62,876 nt of DNA from positions 1 to 62,876 of the IMG/VR virus record IMGVR_UViG_3300048694_000377; one strand, given 5' to 3'. The notes under the pieces were generated by a model. It was not told where the DNA came from. It saw nothing but the letters and a program-made list of their open reading frames with translations, and did no database searches. Shown here piece after piece: positions 9,132 through 16,832 of the stretch. The DNA comes from a virus. Lineage: Duplodnaviria; Caudoviricetes. Each line of letters begins with the position of its first letter. Within the stretch, counting starts at the first letter, position 1. A program made the translations under genes and the position numbers.

Positions 9132-9801
9132 TGTCGTTCTCGCTGCTAGGAACCTGTTTCTTGGCACGCGATGCAATATATTCGCCCAGTTCGTCCTCTT
9201 GCGGGACCTTTTCTTCAAGTATTACATCTTCTACAAGGCCCAATTCTTTCTTTACATCCCGTGATTCAACGTCTACAACAGTGGAATTGAGCAGCCTAGA
9301 AATTTTTTCTTGCAAAATCTGTTTGATATCGCCGCTTGAACGGTGCGTGATGGTGACTTCAGACTTTTCTGTGAATGCCCCGACATCACTGAGCTTGCCC
9401 ATGAGTTCGAGAGCACGCAATTCGTTTTTGGCCTCGCCGCAATTGCTTATTTCAAGCAATCTGTTCATTATGTAAGTGCGTGCTTGAGCCGCGTCGAGCA
9501 CAACTTTGTGGTCGTATTCTGTAAGGAGTGCGGACAGTTTGAGGGCTACATTGCCCTGATATAACGCGGGGGGATTAACTGCAGCATTGCCTCTATTGCC
9601 GCTCTTTTTCTTGTCAACTTCAGCAAAAAGTTTGCGGGCTTCTTCCTCATCGTCTGCCGTCATTTCAAACGGCATGCCCAATTCAGACATTAAATTTGCT
9701 GTATTGGCAGCGACACGGGCATTTTCTTGCAGAGTAGGAGCTACCTGTTCTGCTGCGTTAGCAGGTATTGGGTAGTCCGCTGTTGGCTCGACAGGAATCA
9801 T
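9124..9801 (-). CDS. Probable terminase small subunit
   Basis: Directly upstream of terL; ALELMGK...VGAFTEKSEV motif. Start uncertain (9801 or 9831). Confidence 0.6.
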   Translation of the reverse strand: MIPVEPTADYPIPANAAEQVAPTLQENARVAANTANLMSELGMPFEMTADDEEEARKLFAEVDKKKSGNRGNAAVNPPALYQGNVALKLSALLTEYDHKVVLDAAQARTYIMNRLLEISNCGEAKNELRALELMGKLSDVGAFTEKSEVTITHRSSGDIKQILQEKISRLLNSTVVDVESRDVKKELGLVEDVILEEKVPQEDELGEYIASRAKKQVPSSENDNV

Positions 9802-9854
9802 GAGTTGTTGCGCACCTTGAAGGGATGGCAAAAATGTAACAGAAAACTTTCAAT

Positions 9855-9886
9855 AAAAAAAGCCCCCCAGCTTTTGGCCAAGGGGC
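9855..9886 (-). terminator. Possible intrinsic terminator upstream of terS
   Basis: GCCCC...GGGGGGC followed by T7 on the minus strand. Confidence 0.5.
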
Positions 9887-10177
9887 AAGAGGAGAGAGCA
9901 ACTACAAGCTGCGGCGGAGAGAGAACCGCAGCATTCCGATCATACCGATTCCTACGGGTCCCTTCAAGGGGGTGGTTTTGTATATTGTGATTTTGTAGTT
10001 TGCTACGGAGAATTTAATGGGGGTGGGGGGTGTTTAATTTCAATTTGCGGTATCGGGTGAGTGGATTAGAGTGTAGTGGGCCCCTACCTCCCCTTCGCTG
10101 GGTTTTGGGGGGCTGGGGTAGCTGGGGGGCCGGATCGCTGGGCCAAGTAGACCGGATCAGGGGCTGCTGCTGGGCGT

Positions 10178-10205
10178 AAAAAAGCCCAGCTTGTTAGGCT
10201 GGGCT
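10178..10205 (-). terminator. Intrinsic terminator after early paralog A
   Basis: GCCCAGC-loop-GCTGGGC-TTTTTT. Confidence 0.8.
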
Positions 10206-10222
10206 GAATATGAGTTTATATA

Positions 10223-10927
10223 TTACTGGTTGTGTGTCTTGCCCATTCGCATATCGTCCAGTGTGTCGAATAATGATTGATCTTCGATCGTGTATGCGAT
10301 ATCAGTGTATTCGTCCAGGATCTCCAAGACTGCCTCCAGTTTCTCGATATCAGTACATTTGGCTGCAGCTTCTTTGACCTGAGCTCTCAGGCTGCGCAGC
10401 TCTTCGCCATGCGCTTTATTCTCTTCGCTGGTCTTGAGCTTCAACACTTTGTCCAGCTCTTTTTGTTTTTTCTTCAGGTCTTTGTTCTCAGGGTTTTTTG
10501 CCATAGCTTCGTACGTCTTCGCAAGCTGATCACGCAAGTGGATCGCTGGTGTGTCTTCGTACTTTTGCAGCAGCTCTTCGTTTGCTTTCTCACGTTCAGC
10601 ACGTTTCTTTTCGGCTGCAGCCGATGTACTGGTAGGTTTGGTCAACCCGAACAAGTTGTTCAAGAGCTTGGCAAAATCAGCCCAGGCTGCATCGTGCGCA
10701 TTACCAGTGAGCTGCGGGTTTGCGTGAGCATGACCAGCAACCCATTCCATGCGGTAGTTTTCCCAGCGGTCAAAGCTGGGGTTTGTCCCCATCGTCCTGG
10801 CTGCGTCTTGAGCTATGCTCAGGGTTTCCATTTTGCTCTTGGCATAACGTCCACCTTGTTCATAGGCTGCGTTTTTGTCGTCAAAGCTCAAAGCTTCCAC
10901 GGCTGCTGCTACTGTAGTTTTCTCCAT
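10223..10927 (-). CDS. Early helical protein, paralog A
   Basis: 234 aa with SD, upstream elements and terminator; similar to 11151-11777. Confidence 0.8.
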   Translation of the reverse strand: MEKTTVAAAVEALSFDDKNAAYEQGGRYAKSKMETLSIAQDAARTMGTNPSFDRWENYRMEWVAGHAHANPQLTGNAHDAAWADFAKLLNNLFGLTKPTSTSAAAEKKRAEREKANEELLQKYEDTPAIHLRDQLAKTYEAMAKNPENKDLKKKQKELDKVLKLKTSEENKAHGEELRSLRAQVKEAAAKCTDIEKLEAVLEILDEYTDIAYTIEDQSLFDTLDDMRMGKTHNQ

Positions 10928-10971
10928 TTTGATCTCCAGTTATCCCGATCGCCAATCGATCAGGTCTCTTG

Positions 10972-11005
10972 ATACTATGCTATCAAGCTTACAAGACCCT
11001 TACAA
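10972..11005 (-). promoter_or_regulatory. 7-4-7 direct-repeat box plus -10 upstream of paralog A
   Basis: TTGTAAG-GGTC-TTGTAAG, 10 nt, TAGTAT. Confidence 0.5.
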
Positions 11006-11048
11006 AATAAAAAATCTACTTAGGACAAACCCTAACCCAGCAACCAGC

Positions 11049-11075
11049 GACATGATGACCAAAAATCACTATGTC
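11049..11075. repeat. 27-bp palindrome, copy 1
   Basis: GACATGATGAC-CAAAA-ATCACTATGTC (1 mismatch). Confidence 0.8.
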
Positions 11076-11082
11076 CAAGCAG

Positions 11083-11109
11083 GGAACGGTCATTTCAACG
11101 CGGGAGCCC
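11083..11109. repeat. 27-nt exact direct repeat, copy 1
   Basis: GGAACGGTCATTTCAACGCGGGAGCCC, also at 11935-11961. Confidence 0.9.
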
Positions 11110-11137
11110 AAAAAAACCTGAGGGAATTTCCCTCAGG
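11110..11137 (-). terminator. Intrinsic terminator after early paralog B
   Basis: CCTGAGGGAAATTCCCTCAGG-TTTTTTT. Confidence 0.85.
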
Positions 11138-11150
11138 CAAACTGGCTAGA

Positions 11151-11777
11151 TCAACCTATTTTGATATCAAAATTGAGTTCATCAAGGACATCACACGCCG
11201 CATCGATTCGGATCGGGTCGTTACATTCCCTCGCCAACTTGAACAGTCGATCCCTTGATGCTTTCAACGCATCACGATTGACCTCTGCCTGAGCCTTTGC
11301 CCTTTGTTTTACTGCCCTTTCCAATTCACCCAACAATGAGGATTTTTTCATCGGGTTCTGTGCTTGGTCGGCGTATGCTTTCTGTAGCATGCCAGTTAAG
11401 TCGGCGTCAGAATAGGCCTCAAATCGTTGCGCCAATTCCTGAGCCTTTTTGGCCCGTTCCTGAGCCTTTTTTTCGGCGGCCTCCGATTTTGCTTTTGGTG
11501 CTTCGATACCATAGGACTCGGTGAGCCTGCCCTTGAATCGGGCAAAGGCCTTGTCGGCGCTGTTCCCCTTTGCCTGTGGTTTGACGCTAACATAGGCATT
11601 GACCCAACTGATGCGGCATTGGTTCCAATGGTCAATGGTTGGATCGGTTCCAAGGGTTCTAGCGTAAACCTCTAACGAGCCCTGTGCGTCAATTTCCGAT
11701 TTTGCAAACATGCGCCCTGCCTCGCATGCGCCCTCAATGGTGGGCACTGCCACCTGTGTTGCTATTGTGTTGCTCAT
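11151..11777 (-). CDS. Early helical protein, paralog B
   Basis: 208 aa. GTDPTIDHW..CRISWV matches GTNPSFDRW..YRMEWV in paralog A, and both have an AAEKK coil. Confidence 0.8.
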   Translation of the reverse strand: MSNTIATQVAVPTIEGACEAGRMFAKSEIDAQGSLEVYARTLGTDPTIDHWNQCRISWVNAYVSVKPQAKGNSADKAFARFKGRLTESYGIEAPKAKSEAAEKKAQERAKKAQELAQRFEAYSDADLTGMLQKAYADQAQNPMKKSSLLGELERAVKQRAKAQAEVNRDALKASRDRLFKLARECNDPIRIDAACDVLDELNFDIKIG

Positions 11778-11801
11778 ACATTCTCCAAGTTAGTGAGTGT
11801 T

Positions 11802-11828
11802 AACATGATGACCCCTTGTCATCATGTC
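11802..11828. repeat. 27-bp palindrome, copy 2
   Basis: AACATGATGAC-CCCTT-GTCATCATGTC (1 mismatch). Confidence 0.85.
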
Positions 11829-11834
11829 CCTACG

Positions 11835-11867
11835 ATAATAGCCAGTCACCTTACATGGCGCTTACAA
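11835..11867 (-). promoter_or_regulatory. 7-4-7 direct-repeat box plus -10 upstream of paralog B
   Basis: TTGTAAG-CGCC-ATGTAAG, 9 nt, TATTAT. Confidence 0.5.
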
Positions 11868-11934
11868 AATTTACAAAAAGCTAAAATTTTGCAATAGGGA
11901 GACAAATGTCCTATGCACAAGACAATTCGGGAAC

Positions 11935-11961
11935 GGAACGGTCATTTCAACGCGGGAGCCC
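11935..11961. repeat. 27-nt exact direct repeat, copy 2
   Basis: Identical to 11083-11109. Confidence 0.9.
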
Positions 11962-12050
11962 CGCAAAAAGCGCCAAAAACGCCTGTTTTTTGTATACAAT
12001 TTTTAAATGTTCTAAAAAAACACGGAACAATACACTTTTTCAGAACAACC

Positions 12051-12063
12051 TAAGTTGTTGATT
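12051..12063 (-). promoter_or_regulatory. IHF consensus site
   Basis: AATCAA-CAAC-TTA matches WATCAANNNNTTR. Confidence 0.65.
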
Positions 12064-12267
12064 TTAAAGGAAAGTTCATTATTGTTCTATTGTTCTTGGG
12101 GTTTTTGAGAATTTTCGAATTTTCACTTTTGCTGTTCGCACGGGCCTCTCGGCAAGTGCCCCTCAGGGGGGCGGTAGTTTCCCGCGAATATATTTTTTCC
12201 CGCACTCTCCCATAACATTAAGAACATTGATTATTATTTAAGCAAATAAAAAATAAAAACATATATA

Positions 12268-12280
12268 AATCAATAACTTA
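12268..12280 (+). promoter_or_regulatory. IHF consensus site
   Basis: AATCAA-TAAC-TTA with an upstream A-tract. Confidence 0.7.
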
Positions 12281-12492
12281 CGCCAAAAATCAAATGTTCG
12301 AATTTTTCCTTGTAATGTTCGAATTTTTCATTTTTTTAGAACATTGTAAAACTTCTACATTCATCGCTACCCTCATTCTGAATACCTTTGCCAGACATAT
12401 TGTTCTATCCCCCTTTTGTTACATTCAAAACAATCCCCTGCCGAACAACCCAGATCATCCCCCGACACATCCCTTGCAAAGCAGACAACCAC

Positions 12493-12521
12493 TTGACATT
12501 GTATAGTATTTATGGTATACT
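12493..12521 (+). promoter_or_regulatory. Strong sigma70 early promoter
   Basis: TTGACA, 17 nt ending in TGG, TATACT (extended -10). Confidence 0.85.
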
Positions 12522-12580
12522 CAGGCTCTGCCTTCGAGCAGGGGGTCGGCTATGCGTGTTTCACTCATGCCCACCTCAGC

Positions 12581-12607
12581 GACAAAATGACACATGGTCA
12601 CTATGTC
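12581..12607. repeat. 27-bp palindrome, copy 3
   Basis: GACAAAATGAC-ACATG-GTCACTATGTC (perfect). Confidence 0.9.
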
Positions 12608-12652
12608 GTTTCCATCGGTCTATCAACATTTCTTCCCTTTCAGGAGTCAGCA

Positions 12653-12898
12653 ATGCAAATTCGATCTGCCAACAACGCATCACATCAACCTATCAAAGTA
12701 GCAAACCCAATCATCATTGCCTTCGACCGCAACTGGAACGAACTATTCCGCAAGCCACTCAGCGAGATCGAAGGCATGGCATACGGCGTGCGGGAAGACT
12801 ACGAGTCTGGCTATCGCGGTATCAAATCCAACTGGTGTGTCAGCAAATCAACCGACCCCATCATCCAACGCATCTGCGCGTGGGCAACGCCAAACTGA
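12653..12898 (+). CDS. Early hypothetical protein
   Basis: AGGAG SD before ATG 12653; first gene after the promoter. Confidence 0.7.
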   Translation: MQIRSANNASHQPIKVANPIIIAFDRNWNELFRKPLSEIEGMAYGVREDYESGYRGIKSNWCVSKSTDPIIQRICAWATPN

Positions 12899-12912
12899 AA
12901 GCAAACCTCACC

Positions 12913-13155
12913 ATGACATACAAACGATACAAAAACGGCTACTGCCAAGCTGTTGGATGCAACAACGGCATCGGTAAGAAACGTGCATCTTACGGACACC
13001 TCATCTGCAAGGGTTGCGGAGAAGAGCAATCCCGCATCACACGACAGTCTTGGACTGTGCTACAAGAGTATGGAAAGGGTGGCTATATGTTTGTCACCCC
13101 GACCTCTGCGCCGACTGCACTTAAACAAACCAACCAGAAGGAGATACGGACATGA
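12913..13155 (+). CDS. Small zinc-finger protein
   Basis: CQAVGC...ICKGCGE; 3' part of track ORF 12388-13155. Confidence 0.65.
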   Translation: MTYKRYKNGYCQAVGCNNGIGKKRASYGHLICKGCGEEQSRITRQSWTVLQEYGKGGYMFVTPTSAPTALKQTNQKEIRT

Positions 13156-13373
13156 GCGAACTGCGGATCTGGGAAATCGAAGGAGAAGGGGAGTGCGACA
13201 AAGTGATGGACAGTCACCCTGTCCAAAAAACACCAGTCTCACTACGCATCTATGAACACGGCATGCACTTGGCTGAAGCCATGCGCAAAGCCAACTTGAT
13301 CGAGCAAGCCAACGACCTTGAAATCTGGGTGCTTGGCATGGTGCATGAACTGGAGGAAGCAAATGAAACGTAA
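13152..13373 (+). CDS. Early hypothetical protein
   Basis: ATGA coupling with the upstream gene; 73 aa. Confidence 0.65.
   Translation: MSELRIWEIEGEGECDKVMDSHPVQKTPVSLRIYEHGMHLAEAMRKANLIEQANDLEIWVLGMVHELEEANET
13197..13223. repeat. 27-bp palindrome, copy 4 (intragenic)
   Basis: GACAAAGTGAT-GGACA-GTCACCCTGTC (1 mismatch). Confidence 0.8.
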
Positions 13374-13575
13374 TCTTGTTGTAAGGGAACTGATCAATAA
13401 TCCAAATCGAAACGCAGGCAAGCACAGTAGTGCGAAGCAAAAAGCATTATCAACCGCAACCATGAAGGAACTTGATATGGAACTAGTCAAACACGCAGAC
13501 GAACTGCAACACGCCAAAGACTTGGAGGACTTTGGTTTATTCGATGCAAGCAAGCAAGCCCTCAAGACAAAGTGA
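13363..13575 (+). CDS. Early hypothetical protein
   Basis: GGAGG SD; MKRNLVVRELINNPNRNAGKH. Confidence 0.65.
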   Translation: MKRNLVVRELINNPNRNAGKHSSAKQKALSTATMKELDMELVKHADELQHAKDLEDFGLFDASKQALKTK

Positions 13576-13592
13576 CCGGCAGTCATCTTGTC
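13566..13592. repeat. 27-bp palindrome, copy 5
   Basis: GACAAAGTGAC-CGGCA-GTCATCTTGTC (perfect), spanning a stop codon. Confidence 0.9.
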
Positions 13593-13625
13593 ATTCAACT
13601 CAACTGCAACTACTAAGGAAACAAA

Positions 13626-14717
13626 ATGGAAGTCAGACTCTCAACCGAAATCTCTTTGAACGAAGCCGAGGAACTCATCCTTGCTATCGGACATACAAAC
13701 GCTGTGCATCTTGTCGGCGAACCAGGGGTCGGCAAAACTGCGATGTTTGAGCGCATCGTAGACAGAACAGGGTTTCGTGGCATCTACATAGATACGCCTA
13801 ATACAGAGTTAGGTGACATTGGCATCCCCATGCCCAACCATGAGACCAAGACCACATCTCTGTATCCCAACGACCATTGGGGTTTCCACACTGGTGAACC
13901 ACTGGTGATTTTCATTGACGAATTCACCAAGCCCTCATCACAGGCTGTCCAAAACATGCTACACCCACTGCTCAACGAGCGCCGGATCGGTGGCTTTAAG
14001 CAACACAAAGACACCATCGTCATCACGGCGGGTAACAACACAACCGATGGCGTGGGCGACATGCTCAAAGCTCACTCTTTGAACCGACTCACTGTTGTGC
14101 CTATCAAGAAACCACACGCAGGGTTTAACGCCGATGGTAGCGTGGATGAGGACTCATGGGGTATGTGGGCTATCCAGAACGACATTGCAGAGGAAGTGGT
14201 GGCTTGGATCAAAGCCTACCCGCATGCCCTTGCATCGTATCGTGACCCAAGCCAAGCCGACAACCACTACATCTTCAACCCCAAGACTCCGCAGAAATCG
14301 TATGTGTCGCCTCGCTCACTTGCACGGGCAAGCAACATCGTCAAGGGCAGAGACTCCATCACACGCAATGCTCTCATTACTGCGCTATCAGGAACCATTG
14401 GTGAGCCTGCTGCCAGAGACATGGTGGCGTATGTGGAAGTGTCCGACTCCCTGCCGACATGGGCAGAAGTGATCGCTGACCCCAAGGGTGCGAAACTCCC
14501 ATCGTCACCTGCGGCGTTGAACATCATGGCGTTTGGTGCTTTGCAACGGATTGACCGAGCAACTGTGGGCCCATGGTTTGACTACCTGAAACGCACACCG
14601 AAAGAACTTCAATCGGTGTTTTGCTTGTCTGGTATGAAGCACCCCGAGAAGAAGCAACTCATGGTAACGAACGGCGCATTTGTCAACTGGATGCGTGACA
14701 ACCAGTATTTGTTCTGA
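13626..14717 (+). CDS. MoxR-like AAA+ ATPase
   Basis: GEPGVGKT Walker A, IFIDEF Walker B, TAGN sensor, SPRS motif. Confidence 0.85.
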   Translation: MEVRLSTEISLNEAEELILAIGHTNAVHLVGEPGVGKTAMFERIVDRTGFRGIYIDTPNTELGDIGIPMPNHETKTTSLYPNDHWGFHTGEPLVIFIDEFTKPSSQAVQNMLHPLLNERRIGGFKQHKDTIVITAGNNTTDGVGDMLKAHSLNRLTVVPIKKPHAGFNADGSVDEDSWGMWAIQNDIAEEVVAWIKAYPHALASYRDPSQADNHYIFNPKTPQKSYVSPRSLARASNIVKGRDSITRNALITALSGTIGEPAARDMVAYVEVSDSLPTWAEVIADPKGAKLPSSPAALNIMAFGALQRIDRATVGPWFDYLKRTPKELQSVFCLSGMKHPEKKQLMVTNGAFVNWMRDNQYLF

Positions 14718-14729
14718 GAGGAAAGAAGC

Positions 14730-14858
14730 ATGACTGCACATGAACTCTACGAAGCCCTTGATCAAATGAAGATCAAGTATGAAGTGGTGGAAATCTTTGA
14801 AGGCGCAAGGTTCTTGCGTATCGAAGTGGAAGAGGAGGATGAAGATGCTGACGCATGA
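14730..14858 (+). CDS. Small acidic hypothetical protein (42 aa)
   Basis: MTAHELYEALDQMKIKYEVVEIFEG...; SD present; fills the gap. Confidence 0.55.
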   Translation: MTAHELYEALDQMKIKYEVVEIFEGARFLRIEVEEEDEDADA

Positions 14859-14934
14859 AGAGAAGATGGTGCGAGTGGTGCTACTCGTTGCCGTCATTGT
14901 GGTGTTACTTGATATCTTAATTTGGAGGCCATGA
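14845..14934 (+). CDS. 29-aa single-TM peptide
   Basis: MLTHEEKMVRVVLLVAVIVVLLDILIWRP*; GAGGAGG SD; coupled to the next gene. Confidence 0.55.
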   Translation: MLTHEEKMVRVVLLVAVIVVLLDILIWRP

Positions 14935-15206
14935 TGGGAGAAAGCCGCAAAGTTATGGATCACGAAGACCAAGTGGTCATGCACGACTTGTTCGAAGCCT
15001 TGACCGACTTCATCGGTGAGAAGGATGTGGACATGAATGTGATCATGCACGCCTTGTGTCGCACCATTGCATTTGGTGGTGTGCAACTAAATCGCCACGA
15101 CGAAGTGACCAAGCGTCACTTTGTCTCCATGGTGGTTGAATCTGTGAGTGCCCACTACGACCATTTCGTTGAAATGATTCAACAACACGGAGAGCATGAT
15201 GACTGA
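14931..15206 (+). CDS. Hypothetical protein
   Basis: GGAGG SD; ATGA coupling. Confidence 0.65.
   Translation: MMGESRKVMDHEDQVVMHDLFEALTDFIGEKDVDMNVIMHALCRTIAFGGVQLNRHDEVTKRHFVSMVVESVSAHYDHFVEMIQQHGEHDD
15099..15125. repeat. 27-bp palindrome, copy 6 (intragenic)
   Basis: GACGAAGTGAC-CAAGC-GTCACTTTGTC (1 mismatch). Confidence 0.85.
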
Positions 15207-15351
15207 AGCCGACTTTATTTTTGCTTGGCTGTTAGCAAGCCGAGTCAATCCGAGCGTGCGATGGACTGATGAATCCACGCTCAACCATATCAACAAAGCA
15301 AAGCAGATCTATCGCAAGATCATGGAGAGTAGCAATGCAACTAACCGCTGA
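15196..15351 (+). CDS. Small hypothetical protein (51 aa)
   Basis: GGAG SD; MMTEADFIFAWLLASR...; fills the gap. Confidence 0.5.
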   Translation: MMTEADFIFAWLLASRVNPSVRWTDESTLNHINKAKQIYRKIMESSNATNR

Positions 15352-16579
15352 ACAACGCATCGAGAGGGTGCATGTCAACCTGATGCAGAGTAAATTGTTC
15401 TGTCAATTCTCTGGTTTATTCATGGTAGGCAAAGTCACAGTAGATGACGACTGCCCGACCGCATACACCAACGGGCGAGATGTAACCTACGGACGCAACT
15501 TTGTGGGGGTGCTCAACGACAAGCAACTCGCTTTCCTTGTATTGCATGAAGCCTTGCACAAAGCGTATCGGCACATGACTGTGTGGGCAGACATTGCAAA
15601 GATCGACAAGCGTCTGACCAACAACGCCATGGACTATGTGATCAACTTGCAAATCAGGGACGCCGACCCCTACGAGCAAGAGGTTGCCATGCCAAGAGAC
15701 CCGCAGACTGGCAAGCTCATGGGCTTGTATGACGAGCGGTTTCGTGACATGGATACCAAACAAGTCTTTAACCTACTTCTGGAAGAATCCGGTGGGGGTG
15801 GCGGTGGTGGTAGCGGGAAAGGCAAAGGACAAAGTGACGGCGGGTCACCAAGTCAAGGCGAGAGTGACAACTTTGACGACCACGACTGGGATGGTGCGCA
15901 AGATATGTCCGAGGAAGAAGAGGAAGAACTCGGGCGCGAGATCGACTCCGCATTGCGTGAAGGTGCTATGTTAGCAGGGCGCATGAAAGGCAATGTCGAT
16001 CGCAACATCGACCAACTCTTGCATCCTAAGGTGGACTGGCGTGAAGCACTGCGAGACTTCATCAAACTTGCAACCAAGGGAGGTGATCAGTCTACATGGC
16101 GCCGACCAAACCGCAGGTTTCTTGGCGTAGATATCGTGATGCCAACATCGGAAAGCCGTAAAGCTGAGATGTTTGTTCTTGGTATCGACACATCAGGATC
16201 GATCGGAGGGCAAGCGCTTGCACAGTTTCTTGGCGAAGTCAAGACCATTTGCGACGAGGTGGCGCCCGAGACCATCGAACTTCTGTATTGGGATAGCCAT
16301 GTCGCACGACGAGAAACATACAAGGGGCACGAGGTGCAAGACCTCACCGAGACCACGAAACCCGCAGGGGGTGGTGGCACTACGCCTGAGTGTGTGCCGA
16401 GGTTTATGGTTGAGAACCGCATCGAACCACAGTGCGTGATCATGCTGACCGATGGCTACTTCAATAGTGATGGGTGTGGGGACTGGGCGGGCGTGTCTGC
16501 GCCTGTTCTGTGGTGTGTGTATGGCAAGCGTGACTTTGTGCCAACCACTGGCCAAAGCGTTTATGTCGATGGATTGTGA
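15335..16579 (+). CDS. HExxH metallopeptidase-like plus vWA domain protein (MoxR partner)
   Basis: TAYTNG, LHEALH, Gly-rich linker, MIDAS DTSGS, GGGT and LTDGY motifs. Confidence 0.85.
   Translation: MQLTAEQRIERVHVNLMQSKLFCQFSGLFMVGKVTVDDDCPTAYTNGRDVTYGRNFVGVLNDKQLAFLVLHEALHKAYRHMTVWADIAKIDKRLTNNAMDYVINLQIRDADPYEQEVAMPRDPQTGKLMGLYDERFRDMDTKQVFNLLLEESGGGGGGGSGKGKGQSDGGSPSQGESDNFDDHDWDGAQDMSEEEEEELGREIDSALREGAMLAGRMKGNVDRNIDQLLHPKVDWREALRDFIKLATKGGDQSTWRRPNRRFLGVDIVMPTSESRKAEMFVLGIDTSGSIGGQALAQFLGEVKTICDEVAPETIELLYWDSHVARRETYKGHEVQDLTETTKPAGGGGTTPECVPRFMVENRIEPQCVIMLTDGYFNSDGCGDWAGVSAPVLWCVYGKRDFVPTTGQSVYVDGL
15828..15854. repeat. 27-bp palindrome, copy 7 (in the Gly linker of the vWA gene)
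   Basis: GACAAAGTGAC-GGCGG-GTCACCAAGTC (1 mismatch). Confidence 0.8.
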
Positions 16580-16818
16580 GAGATAGTATGAAACAAGACA
16601 TTGATACCAAGACCATCGATATGTTCGGAGCCGAGGGCAATACGATAAGGAAGCGTATGACCCTCAGCATTTCTGCGCAAGCAGGTGATCGTTTGCGTGC
16701 GATGCAAGGACAACTTGAAAGGAGGATTGGCTTTGAGCCTTCACTCGCACAGATCGTGGAGTATTTAATCAGCAACTCTGACAACATGACTGATGGTCAC
16801 TTTGTCGCAACTGAATAA
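16576..16818 (+). CDS. Small putative DNA-binding protein (ribbon-helix-helix-like)
   Basis: RKRMTLSIS strand followed by two helices ending SLAQIVEYLI. The fold is an inference. Confidence 0.5.
   Translation: MRDSMKQDIDTKTIDMFGAEGNTIRKRMTLSISAQAGDRLRAMQGQLERRIGFEPSLAQIVEYLISNSDNMTDGHFVATE
16780..16806. repeat. 27-bp palindrome, copy 8
   Basis: GACAACATGAC-TGATG-GTCACTTTGTC (perfect). Confidence 0.9.
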
Positions 16819-16832
16819 CTTGGAGAAGCAAC

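Larger units (their letters stand above)
12000..12450. other. AT-rich non-coding region, candidate replication origin
   Basis: About 12 TGTTC/GAACA pentamers, a 16-mer repeat and two IHF consensus sites, at the divergence of the two transcription arms. Confidence 0.55.

Noticed and set aside
9832-12650. tRNA genes or an attP/integration module
   Set aside because: I saw no cloverleaf by eye and recognised no recombinase anywhere in the genome. A tRNAscan run would confirm.
12294-12912. ORF 12294-12506 and the 5' extensions of 12388-13155 and 12512-12898
   Set aside because: They overlap the AT-rich repeats and the promoter. Downstream starts (12653 with an AGGAG SD; 12913 just after the upstream stop) fit better.
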